NCBI GenBank assembly: GCA_001938485.1
Contig: MQRK01226028.1
Span: forward strand, 1 to 64,000
Length of the DNA stretch: 64,000 bases
Source of the DNA: Girardia tigrina
Lineage: Eukaryota
Direction: 5' to 3'
How positions within the stretch are numbered: position 1 is the stretch's first letter; the number at the start of each line of letters is the position of its first letter. Shown piece after piece: positions 14,320 to 25,899 of the stretch. A program made the position numbers and the translations under genes. The notes beneath the pieces were generated by a model. It was given only the letters and a program-made list of their open reading frames with translations, had not been told where the DNA came from and did no database searches.

Positions 14320-15561
14320 CTCTGCTGACCAAAAGTTTGGAAACACCATGTTTTTCCGAGGAATATGGGTTTTTCTATAAATTTAACTTAGGCAGACCAA
14401 CACAGAAGTTGAATATGGTAAAGCTTGGTTGTGATTGGTTAAATATTTGTTATCTATCAAATACCTGTGTTGTTACAGCAGCGGGGAATAGTCATTTTTT
14501 CATTACTATAACTTTTCCCGAAAAAAAGAGCCAAAATTGTTGCTCTTAATGGAAAAGGACTGTCCCTGAGAGCCATCACTGACAAGATGTTCATCAACGC
14601 CTAGTTTCAAGTCTAGGAAGCGCTCTGATGGCCAAGGACAACAACTACTCGTGATGATGCTGCGATTCGGATATATTCCACTTTGCATCCAACTACCTCC
14701 AGCTGTCTCATTCAATCCCAGCCACCAGCAAACATTAATGTAAATGGATGAACCATAAGACGCCGTCTCTGTGATGAATTTCACTTGCGAGCCTATCGGC
14801 CAGCCCAGAAATCGCTGTTGCCCTTCAGGAACATTTGCGACTGACTTCTCTTCTGCCGGAAGTATCAGCACTGGAGTAACATAGATTAGATAAAAATATG
14901 ATTCTCGGATGAGATTTCTATCAGCCAGATCCGCTCAAATGCTGCATTTGTCAGACGTCCTCCAAAGCAGTGCTATAACATTTGTTACACAATTCACAAA
15001 GTCAAACAAGCACCATTGGTCATGGTGTAGGCTGCATCACTGCCCTTGGCCCAGGCACTATTCGGTTGATGCCAAAGGGTACCACTATCAACCAAACTGT
15101 TTCCATGTCCATCCTTCAGTAGCATCTCCTGGCTCAATTGTAGACTGGTCAATGTCACTATTTCCAGCAAGATATCACCCTATGCCATACGGCGAGGACG
15201 GTCAGCCTCTGGCAGTCTGACCATGGCATTAAGCTAATTGGGAAATGGCCTAGATCATCCACGGACCTCAATCTGTTAAGATGTTGAAAATTGCTGCTCT
15301 GAGACCAACAACAGAAGTCGATTTTCGTGAGAAGATTCAGCTAGCTTTGACATCTTCAATCTCAGAAGAATATTGCAGTAACCTCGTCAGCTCCATCTCC
15401 AGGCGAATCTCTGCAGTACTGAAAGCTAAGGGTGGTCCAACGAAGTACTGACTCCCATTTCATGTTTCATTGGAATTCCGTGTGATTTGCCTATGTGTTT
15501 AACAATAACAGATCATGCTTTTCAAAAAAGATACGTGTTTCCAAACTTTTGGCCAGCATGG
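14320..15561 (+). mobile_element. Tc1-like element, degraded transposase
   Basis: TIRs CTCTGCTGACCAAAAGTTTGGAAACAC / GTGTTTCCAAACTTTTGGCCAGCATGG with a TA TSD. Motifs FSDE and the Tc1-type C-terminus RRISAVLKAKGGPTKY* (stop at ~15450). Confidence 0.9.
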
Positions 15562-17080
15562 TATGTTATTTTAGATATACAATTACAAAAAAAGAATTTA
15601 TTAGAAATAAGAATATACTTTTCAATGTTATAACACAGTAAAAAAATAGATCAATAAGCAGAGATACATTTGAAAGAAATTAAATAATGGATCGATGTAT
15701 TGGACGAAATAAATTTATAACAAAACAATAAAATAATAAAGTTACTTGTATTTAGATGAATATAATATTAATGCTATAATTATTCTATTTAAATAGGATT
15801 TTGGTATATATCGAATCAGTTAATGTAAATAGCATAATAATTAGTCGATATTATATAAAAAGATAAAACATATTCAGCAACAACTTGAGAAATCGCTATC
15901 TTGCAAGCGATGACCAAAATTAAGAATAATCGGTTGATAATAATGTACGGGTAATATTTTATCAGATAACGACATAACAAACCAAAAATATATGCGTTGA
16001 TAATTTATCGTTAATACGTCGTCAGATAAATATAAAATAGGTAATGTTCGAAAGTAATGAAGGCGAAATATAAATATGAATTATGATTGTTTAGCGATTC
16101 AATTGATTTATTTATTTTTTAAAAATTTAAATTAATGTACCGGATATTCCGTCTTCCTTTATGAGAAAGATAAAATCAATAATCTAATTTCTCATCCGTG
16201 TCTTTCTTTAAATATTTTTTGTTTCGTTTATCCTTCTTTTAATTTGACATATTGTGTTATAAATCATTCAACCTTCCGAACTTTTACATAAATTTAGTGA
16301 TTACGTGAAAGCGATTGACGAAAATCTCTAATTATCTTGCATGGATATATACCGTGAAAAATTGTTACAGTTTTGAGATACAATTTCAATTATTCATATA
16401 TAGTTTGAACATCATTATACAACATCGCATCATCGGCATACACAATTTTTATATCACATAGTTGTCGCGTTCTCCTCACTCAACAACATTTTTGTGAGCT
16501 TTGAGTCCCCAATCGCTTTCTGAGATAAACGACAACTTGTGATTCGTAGTTTCGATTTTTTATTTCTGCTTTCTATCTGCAGCACGAACGAACGCGTCTC
16601 TTCCATGTATATCAGCAAGTTGTGTACCCTTCGGATCGCCTACAAGTTCCTGACCAGCATCGAAGGAACCAGTCGCGTTCACAGGGTATGGATCATTGTA
16701 TCGTTCTACAACTGATTTGTATTCTATTTACATTTACTACATTCGTATTATATTTACAACGCCCAGTGGGAAGGGAGCTCGAAGAAGCAGACGATGACCA
16801 TTCAGTATGATCACTGGGGACGGCCCGCAACACCTCTAAAAGGTTCTTCAACTTCCACATTTTGATTGATATTCCATTAAAGTATATACAAATTTTAAGC
16901 TCAACTTGGAGTTCGTCAAAATTATTATCCCAAATTAAGATATAACCCCCTTTAATATATACAGGACGTTTGCAGGTATTTTATCCTTTATGATTTGTCT
17001 TGAGGGGTGAAAATCAAATTTAATTTATAACTATAAATCGAAACTGACTATCCAATTTACAAATTAATCAAGAGTTTTTC

Positions 17081-17239
17081 TTGTGTACCACAACATTTTA
17101 CAACAAAAACATTAAAAAAAATACTTATTGTAAAAATACTTATTTTATCGTGTAAAAATTTTTTTTTAAATGATAAAATAAGTATTTTTACAATAAGTAT
17201 TTTTTTAATGTTTTTGTTGTAAAATGTTGTGGCACACAA
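17081..17239. repeat. Near-perfect ~160-bp foldback palindrome
   Basis: 17081-17150 is the reverse complement of 17171-17239 with about 3 differences, around a short AT spacer. Confidence 0.85.
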
Positions 17240-19214
17240 CATCTGGTAATATTTTTTCAAAATTAATTAAGGAATTTTGATTTCTTATTCTATTTTATAG
17301 GATCTTCACATGGCGGTACAGGGTTCCTGAACACAACTATTCTGATTAGTGGTGGAATAAATCAAAAGGAGAGGCCTACACTATCAGGGTCGTTATTTAG
17401 TTTTAGAGATGACAGTGAAAGTCGTCTGTCGGCCTTTATAATTTTTTATCAGTAGTTTTCTGTTATTAGATGGTCACAATCCCAGGAAGGAGCGCCAACA
17501 CCCGCACAACGCTCCCGCTTCTCATATATTTTTGTGACATATCTCTTTATTAATAAAATTTTCAAGTTAATTTTCTGCGTGAATCTCTTTTCTGTGAACG
17601 CGTAACATTCTATAGTCTAGATTAACTTGGTTTTATAGGAACATAATTTCTCCATCGCAACATGGTACACAAAAATAATGTTGATTAATTAAAAAGGAAT
17701 GAAAAAAAACACATTACATCCTCCAAAGCAATTGTGCCACATGAAAGTATAAATTTGTGTTTCAGGAAATTCCTTTGAAATAATATTTCTGATTTATAAA
17801 AACTACCAACGCAATTCCGTAAAACTCAATTTCACTACAATATAGAAGGTCCACTTTTATACGTACATCGGGTAGAAAAATAAATAATGATACATTTTTG
17901 GGGTCAAAATATTTATAAATCTTTGATCCTTTACCGTTTTCGAATTTTTAAAGCTTTGACCGAAAACCATTCCTTGATTATTTCAATATTTTGCTTGGAA
18001 AAAATATTTTTTATGAACATATTTATTTAAGTTTTAATTTTTATTCTTCCAATAAAATGTAATTTATTCGAATATATGTTTAAAAGAAAATCAGGTTGTG
18101 AGATTATGTGAATTTAGATGAACAGAGTCGTTCTGAAGTATTTGAACTGTTATTTAATGAAATTTGATAAATTTATAATTAAAACGCATCTGTTCGCGTC
18201 GGGAATCAAGTTTTGCAGGATTCTTTATTAATTTTTATGATTTAATTAATTAATTTTTTATTAATTGTTCAAGGATTTTCGATGTTTCGTAGTTCAAGTT
18301 TATGCAAAATAATAATATTTTCATTCAATTTATTTGTACATTGTAGTAATTAGAAAATTATATTTTTTTATAAATAATAAAAATAATAAATATTTTTAAT
18401 ATTTATTATTCCGGTATATTCTTTGGTAAAAACAAGTGTCATAAATTATTATTCTCAATAGCAACTTTTGTTTCATAAAGCCTAATAGTTGTAATTGTTT
18501 TATTCCGTTATTCATCAGTTAATAATTAAATTATAAAATATTAATTCCTAATTAATAACATTTTAGCAAATATATAATGAATTATTATTTTATATTTTCA
18601 TAATTATTAAGAAGTATTCTTTGATAAGTACGACGTAATTATAAATCTTTAATTTGATACATAAATCTTAATTCAAACGAATACCAAAAAGAGAAACATG
18701 GGAATCTGTCTAGAATTAATTTGATAATAGTTTCTTTGAAAACTGAATTATAAATACAATAATTATTTAATTAAATAATTATAAAAAAATTATTAACTAA
18801 AATTATTTTTTGTAATAAACAAAAACACATTATTAAACATTTTTGAAAAGAAATATTTTTACATAATTATTTGATTAATATTTTGTTTTGTAATTTATCA
18901 AAATTTGAAAAATTATTAAATATGAAAAAAATATAAATTATCAAATAATAATTAAAAACTTATATATAAAAGCAAATGATAATTTGAAATTTTTTGATGC
19001 GATTCAAGTAAATTGTTCAAAGAACTTTTCCTTTGTTTTGTGAATTAAAAAAATATTTATTAATAAAATAAACTTATTTAAATTACCTTTCATTTTTGAA
19101 TTAAAGTAAATTCATTTTAATAATTATCTTTGTTGTTATTTTAATAGAGAAAAAACTGGACAAAAATTATTTTTATTTTATTTACAACAGAAACTTCTAC
19201 GATTATTTATTTAT

Positions 19215-19505
19215 TCAAGCTGTATACGGAGGAGGTGGAATTCCGAATTGTGGATTGGAAATGAGGAATATCGGCGGAGCTGTTGGTTCTTGAGACTGAT
19301 TTTCAACTGGAATTCTGCTTTCTACTGGACTTCCTCTTTCTACTGGAGTTCTTCTTTCTACTGGATTTCTTCCTGCTACTGGAAGATCTATTTGTTTAAA
19401 GCATTTAAAAATAACACGAATGGAGACCATAATTATCACGAAGATCATTATGATAAAAAAAACTTTCAAAAGAATTTCGAAAGAAATAATGAGAAAATTG
19501 TCCAT
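19215..19505 (-). CDS. Putative 96-aa single-pass membrane protein with PVE repeats and C-terminal PTAP and PPPPY motifs
   Basis: Intact ORF from the ATG at 19505 (the tracked start at 19541 is TTG) to a TGA. It has a hydrophobic N-terminal segment, then KCFK, five 6-aa PV(E/A) repeats, EPTAPP and a terminal PPPPYTA. GC content is higher than the flanks. Confidence 0.6.
   Translation of the reverse strand: MDNFLIISFEILLKVFFIIMIFVIIMVSIRVIFKCFKQIDLPVAGRNPVERRTPVERGSPVESRIPVENQSQEPTAPPIFLISNPQFGIPPPPYTA
19300..19390. repeat. In-frame 18-bp minisatellite (about 5 copies)
   Basis: The unit TTCTACTGGANTTCNTCT recurs at an 18-nt period inside the 19215-19505 ORF. Confidence 0.8.
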
Positions 19506-20157
19506 TTTCTTAATATAATAATAATAAAAGTAGTACTTCAAAATGAAAATAAAAACAAGTTATACTCATTTATTTGCTTACTGTTATTGTATAACATTTG
19601 TGTTATGTAATTTCAAGAAAAAAATAATTTGCATATTTGCAAAACAATAGTAATTAAGATTTTATCAAAAAATGTCAAATAATAATAAAATGGAATTTAA
19701 ATATCGATAGTAATATGAAATGTAACTTTATTAATAATTATTATTTGTGGTAAAATACTTGATTTCGATTTTTAAATTTTAGATTGTTATTTAAGTCACT
19801 TTAAAATAATTGGCTTTTTATGCTTTAAATTTAAATTTTAAAAATTTCAATGAATTATAGAATAGTTTGAAGATAAATTATTATTATTGTTATTATTATA
19901 ATCATTATTATTACAATTAATATTATTTATTTACGTTAAATTCAGTATATTATTATTAAAAAAAATTATTATTTATTATTATTACAAGGCCTTTCCGCTC
20001 TGTTCCTGTCACTATAGGGTAGTCGTTCGTTAGGTAACCACATCCTGCAGGGTTGAACCAAGTGGGAAAGTACAATGTATTATAGTAAATTAAATATTTT
20101 TATTTATCTTATCATTATATTAAATTATTTAATTTTCCATTACAAGAATTGCATATA

Positions 20158-22165
20158 AAGTATAACCTCTAAATTTTGCTAAAAATGGGGCACGCCAGAA
20201 CATTTTTAGAATCTATATAAAATCTATAGTTAAAGCAAGGATTATACTTACATCGAATGTAAAAAGAGTAAACAAAAATTATAAAACTAAAGGCATAAGA
20301 TTAAGAACCCGAATATAATATTTGTTTATTTTAAAAAATTGTTTTCTAATAATCTATTCGTCTTCTTATCTCCTTTAAGTGCTTTGATTATAAAGTCAAT
20401 ACCTATAATTCCATCCACATCAAAATTGTCTGAAAGAAATATTTCTTTATTACTTGTATAGATATATAACAATAGTTTTTAAAAATTTCTTTTGTAGGTT
20501 CTTCTTCACTTTCGTTTTTCAGCTTCTTCTATAAAATTATATTTATTTTCAGAGTTGTTGACATTTCCATTTTCATTTTCTGCAATTTTATATTCCAATA
20601 ATGTGTTATTTTCACTATAAGTAATTATAAAAAATTCATCTTCCTCCATAGGATATTGAATATCTGCTTTTAAGAGAAATTTTTTATAATCTCATATCTT
20701 TGGCACTTCATCAACAAATGTTTCAACATTAATTTCTGCTTCACGTATAGTTTATCCCCACACTGTATTATTAAAAAGATTAAAAATTGTGTTTTTACTT
20801 ATTTCATTCAAAGTAGAATGCATATTTGATAATAATTATTTTTATAATATTCAAAAAAATCTTCACTTTCAATATTATCTATTGTCACTTAACTTTTTTC
20901 TTGCAAAATGTGACTTAAAAGCATTTATAATGCCCATATACAATGGCTGAATGTGACATGTTGAATTCGGTGGCAAAAACAAATTTTCTGTAAATTTTAG
21001 ATCGGCAAATATTTTATGCGCTTGGCAATTAATTATCAAAAGTAGATTTTTTTTATTTCAATTCCCTGTCCAAATTTAAAAGCCAGTTATTGAAAATATT
21101 TGACGTTATCAAACCATGAGAAGAAGACATATAATCGTTTAATGTATTTGGATCATTAAAACATCTTGAATTCACATATATTCCAATGACCAACAATTTT
21201 CTTTTAACACTTTCACTCATGTTAGCACACAATAAAACAGAAACACGGTCGTTTAATAATTTATATCCTGAACGCATTTTTTACATATGATTTTGGAAGA
21301 TATCAACTTATAGAAAATTCCAGTTTCATGTACATTAAAAACATTATCTTTTCAGTATTCATTATTTTTGCTTTGCAAAATATCTTTGAAATCATCAAAG
21401 TAACTGAAATTCGAGGAACATAAATATTCATTTTTTTAAATCGGTGGATCGTCGAAGTAGTTTTATTATTCGAAATAAATATTGCTACAACTGCCTTGAG
21501 TTTTGCTTTCTTTTTATTAACTCTAAAGACCAAGATGGTATCTAATCTTAAACTTTTGCAACCATGGTTGTGGACCTTTAAACCCTTCTACTTTGAATTT
21601 CTGCAAATTTTATTGCTTTTTCGATCAATATTTCGTTTGTTAATATTGAAATAATCTAACAACTCAATCATGCATTTGTCAATAATTTCATATTTTAATT
21701 CCCTTTCTTTGGATTTCATAAAAAATTTATCTTCAAATTTTTCAATAACCTTGTTTTTGTTCAATTTAAAAATAATTGACCTACGTGAAATAATTTTCTT
21801 AAATTTGAATGAAAATATTTCTGCTATTCTTTGGTCTGAAAGTAAAGAATTTAACTCCATATATTTAAAAATTTCAAATTTCTCATTATCTGATAATGTC
21901 GTATATTTTTGTCCTCTCATTAGGGTTTAAAAACCTTCTTAAATTTGTATAAATTATTTAAACAAAAATTTGTGTTTTACGTATTTTTTTAATATTTTAT
22001 AAAGAAATTTAAAGTTTCTTCTCTCAAATTTAAAATTTATTTTCAAAATATGTACTGTAAAATCTTAAAATATTTATCCAAAAGCAGAATTTGACCGATT
22101 TAGGAGGGTGTCCCTTTTTATAAAAAAATTGTTTCTAAAATTGACCGAATTTAGAGGTTGTACTG
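20158..22165 (-). mobile_element. pogo/Tigger-like transposon, degraded
   Basis: TIRs AAGTATAACCTCTAAATT / AATTTAGAGGTTGTACTG with a TA TSD. It has a CENP-B-type HTH N-terminus (21588-21920) and DDE_1 motifs RVSVLLCANM and FLPPNSTCHIQPL. Confidence 0.9.
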
Positions 22166-23374
22166 TAGCAATTTTGATTATTCGATATTGCTATAGGCAA
22201 TCAAAATTAAATTGAAATTTAAAATTGAAAGATTTATGCAGAAATTATTTATGGTATACTGATGATGTTATCTATGTAAATAATAATCTAATGATCTAAT
22301 ATTTATCACTCAGTCTCTAAATGTTTTACGAAAAAAGCTCTTCCCTTGAGCTATAGAACCAAAGAGTATATCCGTCAGAATAACAATCAATCAAATCCGC
22401 AACTCACATCTTGAGTTTCCAGTAATTCCGTAGAAGTAAGCAAAGTCAATATTTTATATTTACCAACAAAGAAATTCATTTGTTCCTGATCTTAATCCTC
22501 GATGAATACAAAAACTGTAAGGCTATATTTGCATTTTATTCGACTCTATTCCGTCTTATGTTTTTTCTTGCCTTGCAAACTCTCTGGTCGTTTATTTATT
22601 TATTTATAATATTATTCATCAAAGCTATTATACTAAATTATTTAAATTCTTTTATTTACCCACATAAAACTGTATAAAGAGGATCACTTAATAAAAAAAT
22701 ATTATTTAACCTTCTTTCAAATATTATTATTATTTCCGTTGTTATTAAGGCATTAGTACATCAAATATTTTTTACATTATTACATACATGTTTAATGAAT
22801 AATTCAATTTTTAATAAATAATTGAGTGTAATTAATTCAATTACAAGTTAACTTATGTAAGGGTGAAATAAATGTACTCCGCTGTGTTAAGAAGTAATTC
22901 AATTTTTTCGCAAGTACATTTCAAAATATAAATTCAGAAGCAAGAAAATATTTAAAATATTAAATTATTTTACAATGTTCTAACTATAATATTTTATTTT
23001 TTGAAAATATTTCTTCTAAATTAACAATTTTTAATTACATATTTAATGAATATATAAATCAAAACTTAAATTAACAAAATATTTGATTGGAAAGAAAAAG
23101 GAAAATTTAAAATAATTTGAAGAACCATTTGAACAGATTAAAGAGTACTTTTTGAAAGATTAAATAACTTTTTTAAAAATGAGTGTCTTTTAAAAGTACA
23201 TAATTCTGTGTTTCATATGATAAATTTTCTTAATGCCTCTTTAAAGTAAATGATTAATCTGTAGAAGAGCTTCATCGAAAAGTAAATTATATTTAAAACT
23301 TTTTTGAGATTTGAACTTATTTAAAAAACAATGATATACAATTTTATAAAATAATTATACTAGAAATATATGTA

Positions 23375-24650
23375 TTAGGTTGTGGCAAAAGGAATGAAGG
23401 TTTTTGATTTTTTTTGTATTTATCGCAATGTTATACAACTAAAGCATGTATGATGTTATGTAATGTATGATGTTATGAGTCATTCAAAAGCTTAATTTGT
23501 ACTCTTTCAGACATATATTTGTCTAAAACTTATTATAATGTTTCTTTTGTTAATAAGTTTCATTTTAATTGAGATGTCAAAACGTGATTTTTGCAACATT
23601 TACTTCTACGAGTTCAAGGTAGGGGGTAATGCAACTCAAACTACTGAAACATCAACAAAGATTGAGGCAAGGAAAGTATCAACGAATGAACGGTGCACCT
23701 GTGGTATCCAAAGTTTCGCTCTGGCAATACCAGCCTGGAAGATGAGCCTCATAACAGCCGCCCAACGACGAATGGCAACGAAAAATTGTAAGAACTGGTG
23801 GAAGCCGATCCACGCACAACTGTTCCAGTACTTGCAGAAGAGCTTAACGTTGATCCTTCAACCGTTGCTCGGCACTTGAAGCAAATTAGAAAGTCGCAAA
23901 AACTCGATAAATGGGTTCCACACGAATTGAATGATAGTCAAAAAAATTGTCGTTTTGAGGTGTCTTCTGCGGTTCTTCTGCGAAACAAAAACGACCCGTT
24001 TCTCGATCGGATTGTGAAGTGTGATGAGAAGTGAATTCTATACGATGTTCGGCATAATGGTTGAATAGCAATGAGACTCCTCACTACTTTCCGAATCCGA
24101 AGTTCCCCGAAAAGAAGGTTTTGGTGACTGTTTGGTGGTCTGCAGCCGATCTCATCCATCACAGCTTTCTGAATACGGGTGAAACGATCACCACAGAGAA
24201 GTATTGCCAACAAATTGACAAAATGCATCACGAACTCCGACGTATGTATCCGAGATTGGTCAATATAAAGGGGTCAATTTACCTCATTCACAACGCCCGG
24301 CAATACATTTCAAAACCGACCCTACAAAAGCTAAAACGAATTGGACTACGAAACTCCGCCTCATCCACCCTAACCACCGGACCTCTCGCCCACCGACTAC
24401 CATTTTTTCATGCATCTGGACAACTTCTTTCTGGAAAATGCTTTAAAAACTAAGACGATGCCTTTATCGCTTTTATTGTATCCTGAACTCAGAAATTCTA
24501 CACTAGGGGCATCGATAAACTTGTTTCTCGTTGACAAAAATGTATTGATTCTGATGGTTTTTATTTTGATTAATAAAGTTTATTCTGTGCTGAGTTACAC
24601 TTGTTTAATGTTTAGGTTCAAAAACCTGCATTGCTTTTGCAACAACCTAA
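23375..24650 (+). mobile_element. Full-length mariner, cecropia/Hsmar1-like, frameshifted
   Basis: TIRs TTAGGTTGTGGCAAAAGGAATG / CATTGCTTTTGCAACAACCTAA with a TA TSD. WVPHELNDSQKNCRFEVSSAVLLRNKNDPFLDRIVKCDEK*ILYD closely resembles Hsmar1 as recalled. Confidence 0.93.
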
Positions 24651-24654
24651 TATA

Positions 24655-25570
24655 TACCCTAATTTACAGCGAAACACCCGCACCTATATATAACCAGCAT
24701 CTAAATTTTTGATCATTAAGTTCCTTTTGAAAATTAAGTTCCTCGTATAACCCGCACGGAGTATAAACCGTAACTGGCATTATTTTTTGCAGGTACCCTG
24801 TTTAGTATAAAACGTTTTTTTTAAATGAATATCTTATTATAAAATCTTTTTATTAAAATGAAAAAATAAATTGTAAAAGTAAAAGGTTTAGCATAAAAAT
24901 AATTTACCATTGTGTTGTATATCACTGCTGATGGAGAGAAGTGCACACCAATGGTAATTTTCAAACGGAAAACAATACCGAAGGAGAATTTCCCAAGCGG
25001 CATTGTTGTGAAGGTAAATGAAAGAACAAATGTTTAGTGAGTGGCTAACCGAATTATGGGAAATGCGAAAAGGAAAAAGACCGTTTAATATAAATTCCGT
25101 TCTGATTTATGATTTAGCAAAGTTTCATTTAACAGAAAGCCTAAGAAAGTCGTTTTAAAACATACAGAAATAGTGGCCATCCAGATGGGGTTGAAAAAAA
25201 ACTACAGCCCCTGGATTTGAGCGTAAACAAGTCATATAAATCTCACATCAAGGATCATTGGGAGAACTGGATGATTAGTGGCAATCATACTTATACTAAA
25301 AGTGGCAAGATGCGTCGGCTATCTTACTCTGAAATTTACCGATAGATTCTGAATAGCTGGAACTCGATCACAGCTGAATTCCTTAAAAATGGTTTTAGAA
25401 AGTGGAACATTTGCACCTTTGAGAATGAGAGTGCTGCAGAAATGGAAGAAGATTGTAAAAGTGTCGCATGGGTAGAAGGATAAAGTAGTAATACTGGAGT
25501 GATCATCAACCTCATCTGACAAATTTATTCATGGATAAATCAGACGATGAGAATTTTGATGGATTTTAAC
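24655..25570 (+). mobile_element. POGK/Passer-like pogo remnant with internal deletions
   Basis: Plus-strand fragments RKTIPKENFPSGIVVKVNE, LQPLDLSVNKSYK, WENWMISGNHTYTKSGKMRR and ILNSWNSITAEFLKNGFRK, ending in an acidic DDENFDGF*. Confidence 0.75.
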
Positions 25571-25739
25571 TTGTTTAAATCAGAATTATATTTATTAACC
25601 AGTAAATTAAAAAATTTAATTTTTATATCCATTCTTTATGTAGACAGAACTCTACTTTACCAACAAAGTTTTAATTAAAAAAATAATTGAAAAAATCCCA
25701 ATAAAAAATTAATATGAACTACTTATAATTTATAAGGAG

Positions 25740-25850
25740 GTCTTTTTCAATTTATATTGTTTTATAACTCCGAATTTTCCGTTTTTTGATCAAATTTTCA
25801 CATAATCATTTACTGTCGTCCAGAAATGTGCAAACTTTGAAGAAAATTGT
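25740..25850 (-). repeat. Dispersed repeat related to 2905-3060 (inverted, diverged)
   Basis: The reverse complement shares AAATGATTATGT.AAAATT.GATC.AAAAA and ACGGAAAA.TCGGAGTT...AACAATAT.AATTGAAAAA with 2950-3056. Confidence 0.65.
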
Positions 25851-25899
25851 GACAAAATTTCAAGTTGAAATACGTAAAGATATCCTTGGATATACATTG

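Noticed and set aside
17300-17440. Weak resemblance to a metallopeptidase exon (NYSD*WWNK...LHYQG)
   Set aside because: It requires a stop and a frameshift in a very short match and is likely chance.
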